This document shows, one piece after another, positions 19,556 to 26,953 of a stretch of 46,567 nucleotides of DNA. The stretch is from the NCBI GenBank assembly GCA_900552955.1, contig USBO01000001.1, forward strand, positions 1-46,567, in the 5' to 3' direction. The translations under genes and the position numbers were made by a program. The DNA comes from an uncultured Alistipes sp. Lineage in GTDB: Bacteria; Bacteroidota; Bacteroidia; Bacteroidales; Rikenellaceae. The stretch's first letter is position 1. Each line of letters begins with the position of its first letter. The notes below the pieces were generated by a model. That model searched no databases. It was given only the letters and a program-made list of their open reading frames with translations, and was not told the DNA's origin.

Positions 19556-19693
19556 AGATGCTCCGCCTCGGAAAAATGCAAGCAAACTTGCTTTTGCCCT
19601 CGCTTATTCGTATCTTTGACTTCGTCGAAGATACTGCGCCTCGGAAAAAGTGCAAGCAAGCTTGCTTTTTTCTCTTGGCTTATTCGTATCTTT
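19556..19693 (+). repeat. Two-copy ~73-bp tandem repeat with internal palindromes, each copy ending in a TATCTTT(G) promoter-like box
   Basis: Unit 1 AGATGCTCCGCCTCGGAAAAATGCAAGCAAACTTGCTTTT...GCTTATTCGTATCTTTG; unit 2 AGATACTGCGCCTCGGAAAAAGTGCAAGCAAGCTTGCTTTT...GCTTATTCGTATCTTTA. Confidence 0.85.
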
Positions 19694-19716
19694 ACGCAAC
19701 TTTTGTCCCGCATACC

Positions 19717-21387
19717 ATGAGAGACCCTATCCAAGTCATCTGCGACAACCTCGACCGCACGATCGAAGTCGAAATGGGCACGTCGCTGCTCGACATCCGG
19801 CGGCAATACCTCCCCGCAGGGCCGCACCCCTATCTGGCGGCCTACGTCAACAACCGTATCAAGGAGCTGAATTACAAGGTGTACACCCCGATCACGGTGC
19901 GCTACATCGACGCCACCCACTTCGAAGGCATCCGCGTCTACGAGCGCACGGCGACCTTCCTGCTCCAGCGGGCCGTGTGCGAGCTCTGGCCGGGCCGCAA
20001 GCTCTACCTCCGCCACTCGATGCTGGGCGGGTTCTACTGCGAGTTCGAAGGCCGCGGCGGCATCTCGCCGCAGGAGGCCGAAGCGCTCCGCACGCGCATG
20101 CGGGAGCTCGTCGAGGCGGCCATCCCGATCACGCGCAGCCGCGTGCCGTCGATCGACGCGGCGATGGAGTACACGCGGCTCGGGTTCGACGACAAGACCG
20201 AGCTGCTCAACACCCGTCCGCGCCTCTACAGCAGCATCTACGCGCTGGGCGACACCAAAGGCTACTTCTACGGCGCACTGGCCCCCTCGACCGACTATGT
20301 CCGCCTGTTCGACATACGGCCCTACTACGACGGCTTCTGCCTCGTGCTGCCCGGGCGCAGCCACCCTGACGCGCTGCGGCCCATCGTGGCGCAGGACAAG
20401 CTCTTCGACATCTTCCGCCAGTACAAGGAGTGGGTCGCCGTCATGGGCGTGCCCACCGTGGGCCGGCTCAACGCCAAGGTGCTGGCGGGCGACGCCTCGG
20501 AACTCATCAAAATCGCCGAAGCCTTCCACGAGAAACGGCTGGCGCGCATCGCCGACACCATCGCGGAGGCCAACCGCACGAAGGGGACGCGCATGGTGCT
20601 CATCTCGGGCCCCTCGTCGAGCGGCAAGACCACCTCGGCCAAACGTCTGGGCATCCAGCTGCGCATTCTGGGGCTGAATCCCGTGCTCGTCTCGCTCGAC
20701 GACTACTTCGTCGACCGCGACAAGACTCCGCGCGACGCCGACGGCGAGTACGACTACGAAGCGCTCGAGGCCATCGACCTCCAGCTCTTCAACGACCACC
20801 TGCAGCGCCTCTTCGCGGGCGAGAGCCTTCCCGTGCCGCGCTACGACTTCCTCACGGGCAAACGGCAGTGGCACGACAACCCGCTGCGGCTCGACGAGCG
20901 GTCGGTGCTCATCGTCGAGGGCATCCACGGGCTCAACCCGCGGCTGACGCCCAGCATCCCCGACGACATGAAGTTCCGCATCTACATCTCGTGCTTCACG
21001 TCGGTGTCGATGGACAACCTCACGCGCATCGCCACCACCGACAACCGCCTGCTGCGCCGCATGGTGCGCGACAACGCCACGCGCGGCCACAACGCGCAGG
21101 CCACCCTCGCGCGCTGGGAGAGCGTGCGCCGCGGCGAGGAGCGGCACATCTTCCCCTATCAGGAGAATGCCGACGTGATGTTCAACTCGTCGCTCTTCTA
21201 CGAGATCTCGGTGCTGCGCCCCTACGCCGAACGCATCCTGCGCGAGGTGCCCGACACCGTGCCCGAATACGGCGAGGCGAGGCGGCTGCTGAAGTTCCTC
21301 GACAACTTCATCCCGATCGATCCGGCGGAGATTCCGCCCACGTCGCTGCTGCGCGAATTCATCGGCGGCAGCAGTTTCAGATATTGA
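19717..21387 (+). CDS. Nucleoside (uridine) kinase-family protein with N-terminal TGS/ThrRS-like domains
   Basis: N-terminus resembles ThrRS N-domains (AAYVNN..KEL, YERTA.FLL..AV); P-loop ISGPSSSGKTT, LDDYF, IVEGIHGLN, RR.VRD, IFPYQENAD. Confidence 0.85.
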   Translation: MRDPIQVICDNLDRTIEVEMGTSLLDIRRQYLPAGPHPYLAAYVNNRIKELNYKVYTPITVRYIDATHFEGIRVYERTATFLLQRAVCELWPGRKLYLRHSMLGGFYCEFEGRGGISPQEAEALRTRMRELVEAAIPITRSRVPSIDAAMEYTRLGFDDKTELLNTRPRLYSSIYALGDTKGYFYGALAPSTDYVRLFDIRPYYDGFCLVLPGRSHPDALRPIVAQDKLFDIFRQYKEWVAVMGVPTVGRLNAKVLAGDASELIKIAEAFHEKRLARIADTIAEANRTKGTRMVLISGPSSSGKTTSAKRLGIQLRILGLNPVLVSLDDYFVDRDKTPRDADGEYDYEALEAIDLQLFNDHLQRLFAGESLPVPRYDFLTGKRQWHDNPLRLDERSVLIVEGIHGLNPRLTPSIPDDMKFRIYISCFTSVSMDNLTRIATTDNRLLRRMVRDNATRGHNAQATLARWESVRRGEERHIFPYQENADVMFNSSLFYEISVLRPYAERILREVPDTVPEYGEARRLLKFLDNFIPIDPAEIPPTSLLREFIGGSSFRY

Positions 21388-21532
21388 CAGAACCGTGCAG
21401 CACACTCGGACAAAACCAACGGAACGATAAGTTTCTCAGGAGGGACGGCGGCATCCGCGACAGCGGCCACGACCCGCCCGAGCCCCTCAACGACCAGAAC
21501 AAGCACAACAATCTCACTTAATCATAACAACC

Positions 21533-24358
21533 ATGTCTTTCGACAATTTCGCATCGCGCCACATCGGCGTCAGCGATCCCCACGAACTCCAGGCCATGCT
21601 CGACACGATCGGCGTGGCGTCGGTCGACGAACTGATCGCCCAGGTGATCCCGCAGTCGATCCGCCTCAAGAAACCGCTCGACCTGCCCGCGGGCATGAGC
21701 GAATACGAATTCGCCGCCCACATCCGTGCGCTGGCCGACCGCAACCACCCGCTGCGGTCGTTCATCGGCATGGGCTACTACCCCTGCGCCGTGCCGGCCG
21801 CCGTGGCGCGCAACGTCTTCGAGAATCCCGCGTGGTACACCTCTTACACCCCCTACCAGGCCGAGATCTCGCAGGGGCGTCTGGAGGCGCTGCTCAACTT
21901 CCAGACCGCCGTGCTCTCGCTCACGGGCATGGAGATCGCCAACTGCTCGCTGCTGGACGAGGGGACGGCCGCGGCCGAGGCGATGCTCATGATGTTCGCC
22001 CTGCGCAGCCGCGAGGCGGTCAAGGAGGGGCGCACGCAGCTCTTCGTCGACCGCAACATCTTCCCGCAGACGCTCGACCTGCTGCTCACGCGCAGCGAAC
22101 CGTTCGGTATCGAACTCATCATCGATGAATACGACCAGTACGAATTTACAGGCAGGGAGTTCGGCGCGATCGTGCAATACCCCGCCGCCGACGGCTCCGT
22201 GCGCGACTACTCGGATTTCACGGCCGCGGCGCATGCCAAGGGCGCCCTGGTGACCGTCGCCGCTGACCTGCTGTCGCTGGCCCTCATGAAAGCCCCCGGC
22301 GAATGGGGCGCCGACATCGTCGTCGGTTCGGCGCAGCGCCTCGGAAATCCGATGGGCTTCGGAGGTCCCGCCGCCGGTTACCTGACCACGCGCGAGGCGT
22401 TCAAACGCAACATGCCGGGCCGCATCATCGGCGTCTCGGTCGACCGGCTGGGCAACCGGGCCCTGCGCATGGCGCTCCAGATGCGCGAACAGCACATCAA
22501 ACGCGAAAAAGCCACCTCGAACATCTGCACCGCCTCGGCCCTGATGGCCTCCATGACGGGCTTCTACTGTGTCTACAACGGCCCCGAAGGGCTGAAGCGC
22601 GCCGCCGAAACCGCCCACCTGGCCGCCGCCACCGTTGCCCGTGCGCTGGAGGCGATGGATTATAAATTAACATCGAAGGAGTTCTTCGACACGCTCGAAG
22701 TCGAAGCCGAAGCCGCCGTCGTACAATCGCTGGCGCTCGAAAACGGCATCAACTTCTACTATCCTTCCGAAGGCCGCGTGCGCATGTCGTTCGACGAGGT
22801 GACCACTCCTGCGGAGATCGAAGCCGTAGCAGGCATTTTCGCCGCAGCCAAAGGCAAGAAAGCCAAGGCAGTAAAGGCCGTCACCGAAAGCAACGTTCCA
22901 ACTGCCCTGCGCCGTAAGTCACCCTACCTGCAGGAGCCTGTTTTCAACGCCTACCGCTCCGAAAGCGCCCTGATGCGCTACATCAAGAAACTCGAACTGA
23001 GGGACATATCGCTGGCCAACTCAATGATCTCTTTAGGTTCGTGCACCATGAAGCTCAACGCCGCGGCGCTCATGCAGCCGTTGTCGCTGGCCGGCTTCCA
23101 GAACATACACCCCTTCGCCCCGGCCGACCAGGCCAAGGGCTATATGGACCTGATCGCCGGGCTGGAACAGGACCTGGCGACGATCACCGGCTTCGCGGCC
23201 TGCTCGCTCCAGCCCAATTCGGGCGCGGCGGGCGAATATGCCGGATTGATGGTGATCCGCGCCTACCACCAGAGCCGCGGGCAGGGCTACCGCAACGTAG
23301 TGCTGATCCCGGCGTCGGCCCACGGCACGAACCCCGCATCGGCAGCCATGGCGGGCATGAAGATCGTCACCGTAGCGTGCGACGCCAACGGCAACATCGA
23401 CGTGGAGGACCTCGAAGCCAAGGCCAAAGAGTACTCCTCGGAGTTGTGCGGCCTGATGGTCACCTACCCCTCGACGCACGGCGTATTCGAGAGCCGCATC
23501 CGCGAGATCGTGGACGCCGTTCACGACGCGGGCGGACAGGTCTACATGGACGGCGCCAACATGAACGCACAGGTGGGCCTCACGAACCCCGGCTATATCG
23601 GGGCCGATGTCTGCCACCTGAACCTCCACAAGACCTTCGCCATGCCCCACGGCGGCGGCGGCCCGGGCGTAGGCCCGATCTGCGTCGCAGAGCACCTGAG
23701 GGCGTTCCTGCCGTCGCATCCGGTCGTAGCCACGGGCGGCGACGAAGGAATCACGGCCGTCGCTTCGGCCCCGTGGGGTTCGGCGCTGCTCTTCCCGATC
23801 ACCTACGGCTATATCAAGATGCTGGGAGCCGAAGGGCTGCGTAAAGCGACCGAGATGGCCATCGTCAACGCCAACTACATGTCGGCGGCACTGGCCCCGG
23901 AATACCGCACCTACTATTCGGGCGAAACGGGCCGCGTAGGCCACGAAATGATCCTCGACCTGACCTCTTTCAAGAAGGATTACAACATCGACTGCGGCGA
24001 CATCGCGCACCGACTGATGGACTACGGATTCCACGCCCCGACGCTCTCGTTCCCCGTGCACGAGACGCTGATGGTCGAGCCGACGGAATCGGAGCCCAAA
24101 GAGGAGATGGACCGTTTCATCGAGGCATTGATAAGCATCAAGCGCGAATGCGAGGCGGCCGCCGGACAGCAAGACAACGTCGTGGCGAATGCGCCCCACA
24201 CCGCCCGGGAACTGGCCGGAAACTGGGAACACCCCTATTCGCGCGAACAGGCGGCCTTCCCGCTCCCGTGGGTCGGCGAGGCGAAGTTCTTCCCCTACGT
24301 TTCGAAAATCGACGCGGGCTACGGCGATCGCAACCTCTGCTGCCGCAACTGCGAGTAG
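21533..24358 (+). CDS. gcvP: Glycine dehydrogenase (aminomethyl-transferring), glycine cleavage P protein
   Basis: F..RHIG, YTSYTPYQAEISQGRLE, REKATSNICT, LGSCTMKLN, PLP lysine HLNLHKTF, GGGGPG.GP. Confidence 0.98.
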   Translation: MSFDNFASRHIGVSDPHELQAMLDTIGVASVDELIAQVIPQSIRLKKPLDLPAGMSEYEFAAHIRALADRNHPLRSFIGMGYYPCAVPAAVARNVFENPAWYTSYTPYQAEISQGRLEALLNFQTAVLSLTGMEIANCSLLDEGTAAAEAMLMMFALRSREAVKEGRTQLFVDRNIFPQTLDLLLTRSEPFGIELIIDEYDQYEFTGREFGAIVQYPAADGSVRDYSDFTAAAHAKGALVTVAADLLSLALMKAPGEWGADIVVGSAQRLGNPMGFGGPAAGYLTTREAFKRNMPGRIIGVSVDRLGNRALRMALQMREQHIKREKATSNICTASALMASMTGFYCVYNGPEGLKRAAETAHLAAATVARALEAMDYKLTSKEFFDTLEVEAEAAVVQSLALENGINFYYPSEGRVRMSFDEVTTPAEIEAVAGIFAAAKGKKAKAVKAVTESNVPTALRRKSPYLQEPVFNAYRSESALMRYIKKLELRDISLANSMISLGSCTMKLNAAALMQPLSLAGFQNIHPFAPADQAKGYMDLIAGLEQDLATITGFAACSLQPNSGAAGEYAGLMVIRAYHQSRGQGYRNVVLIPASAHGTNPASAAMAGMKIVTVACDANGNIDVEDLEAKAKEYSSELCGLMVTYPSTHGVFESRIREIVDAVHDAGGQVYMDGANMNAQVGLTNPGYIGADVCHLNLHKTFAMPHGGGGPGVGPICVAEHLRAFLPSHPVVATGGDEGITAVASAPWGSALLFPITYGYIKMLGAEGLRKATEMAIVNANYMSAALAPEYRTYYSGETGRVGHEMILDLTSFKKDYNIDCGDIAHRLMDYGFHAPTLSFPVHETLMVEPTESEPKEEMDRFIEALISIKRECEAAAGQQDNVVANAPHTARELAGNWEHPYSREQAAFPLPWVGEAKFFPYVSKIDAGYGDRNLCCRNCE

Positions 24359-24376
24359 ACCCGGATTTCCGATCGA

Positions 24377-24412
24377 CAAAAAAACGGATGAGCGAAAACT
24401 CATCCGTTTTTT
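24377..24412. terminator. Bidirectional intrinsic terminator between gcvP and the convergent gene
   Basis: AAAAAACGGATGAG-cgaaaa-CTCATCCGTTTTTT with A and T tracts on both sides. Confidence 0.9.
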
Positions 24413-24425
24413 ATTTTTCACCGGG

Positions 24426-24911
24426 TTAAAACATAAATTCAACCCTGAAAATCACGTTTTTCTCATACCTTCGGCCCCCTAACCGCTCTGCAACATCCTG
24501 CATCTGGAAACCGATATTAAAAGCCAGCGCACAACGATTCCCGAGGGGCCAGCTCATACCCAACGCCGGGGAAGCATAGAACCCTTCGTCATTTTCCAGA
24601 AACCCGTAGCCTGCATCGACCGAGAGAAAAGGCGTCGCCCCTTCGGCGAGCAAATAGCCCCGCACATTGCCGTAGACATGGTAATCCAATGTTCCGAGCG
24701 AGCTCCGATAGTTAAGTCCGATGCCGGCTCCGGTAAACAGATGCGGATTTATCCGCACGCCGTGCGTCGTTTCCACATTGACCGGGTTTGCGTCCGCCCA
24801 TCCGATCTGAATGCCGTATCCGGCGGCCAAATGCCCCTGATAGCGGACCTGAGAGAAAACGGCCGTCACTGCAAACAATGCAATAACCGTCAGGAATATT
24901 TTTTTCTGCAT
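24426..24911 (-). CDS. Small outer-membrane beta-barrel protein (hypothetical)
   Basis: Signal peptide; alternating hydrophobic strands (HGVRINPHLFTGAGIG, PFLSVDAGYG, GFYASPALG); C-terminal Phe (FRVEFMF). Confidence 0.7.
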   Translation of the reverse strand: MQKKIFLTVIALFAVTAVFSQVRYQGHLAAGYGIQIGWADANPVNVETTHGVRINPHLFTGAGIGLNYRSSLGTLDYHVYGNVRGYLLAEGATPFLSVDAGYGFLENDEGFYASPALGMSWPLGNRCALAFNIGFQMQDVAERLGGRRYEKNVIFRVEFMF

Positions 24912-24994
24912 GATTTTAGCAATGGATTAGCTCTATCAAATATAGAAAAAAAACGACATTTACGCAACTCGTTGCAAAATATAAACTTAATTTC

Positions 24995-25002
24995 TACCTT
25001 TG
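24995..25002 (+). promoter_or_regulatory. -7 promoter box (TACCTTTG) for slyD
   Basis: Exact TAnnTTTG with TTG about 20 nt upstream, in an AT-rich intergenic region. Confidence 0.75.
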
Positions 25003-25045
25003 TCAACTCACAGTAAAAGCAAGATTCACCTAATTATCAAATACA

Positions 25046-25591
25046 ATGAAAGTAGAACAGAACAAAATGGTCGGCGTAGACTACAAGCTCACCGTCGACG
25101 GACAGATCGCAGACCAGTCGCGTCCGGGCCAGCCGCTCGAATTCATCTTCGGAACGGGCATGCTGCTTCCGAAATTCGAGGAGGCGATCCTGGGCAAGGA
25201 GATCGGCGAATCGGTCGCGTTTACGCTTGAGGCCAAAGACGGCTACGGCGAAGTGATTGCAGACGCCATCGTCGACCTGCCGAAAGATATATTCATGGTA
25301 GACGGCAAACTCGCCGAGGACATCCTCTTCGAGGGCAGCCAGGTTCCGATGAGCGACGCCCAGGGCAACCGCATGATGGGTATCGTCAAGGAGGTAGGCG
25401 ACGCAACCGTGAAAATGGACTTCAACCATCCGATGGCGGGCAAAACGCTCAACTTCGAGGTGGAGGTGGTTTCGGTGCGCGACGTGACGCCCGAGGACCT
25501 GCAGGGCGGATGCTCGTGCGGCGACTGCGGCGACGGCTGCAACGAAGACTGCGGCTGCGAGGACCACGACGGCCACTGCAACTGCCATTAA
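25046..25591 (+). CDS. slyD: FKBP-type peptidyl-prolyl isomerase SlyD with Cys/His-rich tail
   Basis: V..DY.L, PLEFIFG.G.LLP.FE, DFNHPMAGKTLNFEVEV, metal-binding tail CSCGDCGDGC...HDGHCNCH. Confidence 0.92.
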   Translation: MKVEQNKMVGVDYKLTVDGQIADQSRPGQPLEFIFGTGMLLPKFEEAILGKEIGESVAFTLEAKDGYGEVIADAIVDLPKDIFMVDGKLAEDILFEGSQVPMSDAQGNRMMGIVKEVGDATVKMDFNHPMAGKTLNFEVEVVSVRDVTPEDLQGGCSCGDCGDGCNEDCGCEDHDGHCNCH

Positions 25592-25595
25592 CCGA

Positions 25596-25622
25596 GAAGG
25601 CCTCTTCGGAGGCTTTTTTTTT
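25596..25622 (+). terminator. Intrinsic terminator of slyD
   Basis: AGGCCTC-TTCG-GAGGCTT (cUUCGg tetraloop) followed by a long T run. Confidence 0.9.
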
Positions 25623-25698
25623 GCCCTGTTCTTTAGACCGGGCCCGCCTTCCCGAAACCGGAAAATGCGGCGAATCCAAAAATAATCCGTAAATTAGG

Positions 25699-26883
25699 GT
25701 GCTTACTCCCCAGTTCAAGACGGTGTATACCCTTCGCCAATACCTCCTGACCCTGTTCGACTCCCGCGGCCTGACGCGCACGCTGGGAGAAGTCGACGTG
25801 TGCCACGACGAACGGGGCCGTCCTGGTTTCAGCGCCGGTAATTCGGCGGCGGTTTTCCGCATCCGCCTCGGCGGGCGCATCCGCTCGCTGCGCTGTTACC
25901 TGCGCCCGATGCGCCACCTGAAGGAGATTTACGGCGATCGGCTGCTCGAAAAAGAGCTCTACCTGCACACCTCGGCCCAAACCGGGGTCTGGGTCGATGT
26001 CGTCCTCGGCGACTGGATCGAGGGCCTCACCCTGCACGAGGCGGCTGCACAGGCCGCTGCGCTCCGCGACAGGGAATGCCTGCAAATCCTCGCCCGGCTG
26101 TTCGACAGGCTGGCCTTCGCGCTGGTTACCGACGACTGCGCCCACGGCGACCTGAAGCCCGAAAACATCATCGTCAGCGACGACGGAACGCTTCATCCGA
26201 TCGACTTCGACGCCTCATACCTGCCTGCCTTCGCCGGGGAGACGAGCCCCGAACTGGGCACGGCTGCCTACCAGCACCCGGCACGGACTGCTGCGGACTT
26301 CGACGAACGGATCGATGACTACCCCGCGGCGCTGATCTCGACGGCATTGCACGCACTGGCTGCCGACCCGACGCTCTGGGACCGCTACGGAAGCACCGAC
26401 GGACTGCTGTACTGTCCCCAGCGGATTGCCGCCGACGCCGCCTACCGGGAGACGCTCGCGCTGTTCGAACAGCGCGGCATGGCCGTTCAATACCGCATCG
26501 CACAACTGCTGCGCGCCCCCTCCCTGCGGCTCTTCGGTCTCGCGGGACTGCTCGCCGAGGCTATCCGCGAAAAACCCGCAGCGGCGGCATCGGACGAGGA
26601 GCCCGAACTCTTCGTCGAGAGCGGGCGCTGGGGTTACCGGACTCCGGAATGCGTCGTTATAGCACCGCTTTACGACAGCGGCTTCGACTTCACCGAAGGA
26701 CTCGCAGCGGTTCAGCTCGGCAGCACGTGGCACTACATCGACACGGCGGGCCGCACACGTCTGAGTTGTCCGGACTGCACCGCCGTCAAACCGTTTCGCG
26801 GCGGAAGGGCGCAGGTCGTGCGCAACGGGGAACGGCAGGAGATCGCCCATCCGCTGAAAGCACGCCAGTACCAGGAAGGTTGA
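25699..26883 (+). CDS. Ser/Thr-kinase-like domain fused to C-terminal WG repeats (alternative start GTG 25723)
   Basis: Catalytic loop HGDLKPENII, DFD motif, GTAAYQHPAR; WG repeats GRWGYR and FTEGLAAVQLGSTWHYID, PFRGGRAQV. Confidence 0.8.
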   Translation: MLTPQFKTVYTLRQYLLTLFDSRGLTRTLGEVDVCHDERGRPGFSAGNSAAVFRIRLGGRIRSLRCYLRPMRHLKEIYGDRLLEKELYLHTSAQTGVWVDVVLGDWIEGLTLHEAAAQAAALRDRECLQILARLFDRLAFALVTDDCAHGDLKPENIIVSDDGTLHPIDFDASYLPAFAGETSPELGTAAYQHPARTAADFDERIDDYPAALISTALHALAADPTLWDRYGSTDGLLYCPQRIAADAAYRETLALFEQRGMAVQYRIAQLLRAPSLRLFGLAGLLAEAIREKPAAAASDEEPELFVESGRWGYRTPECVVIAPLYDSGFDFTEGLAAVQLGSTWHYIDTAGRTRLSCPDCTAVKPFRGGRAQVVRNGERQEIAHPLKARQYQEG

Positions 26884-26900
26884 CACCGGAGCGGGCAACG

Positions 26901-26940
26901 ACAAAACAGGCGCACGATCTGCATCGTGCGCCTGTTTTGT
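26901..26940. terminator. Bidirectional terminator marking the left end of the PUL
   Basis: Perfect 18-bp inverted repeat ACAAAACAGGCGCACGAT-ctgc-ATCGTGCGCCTGTTTTGT. Confidence 0.88.
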
Positions 26941-26953
26941 TCGGAATTCCCCG

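Noticed and set aside
19556..19693. Possible mini CRISPR array
   Set aside because: Only two ~63-bp units separated by ~10 bp, no unique spacers of CRISPR length and no cas genes nearby.
21533..24358. gcvP without adjacent gcvT/gcvH
   Set aside because: Dispersed gcv genes are ordinary in Bacteroidota.
25505..25591. Cys/His-rich tail of the FKBP protein as a novel metallothionein-like domain
   Set aside because: This is the well-known metal-binding tail of SlyD.
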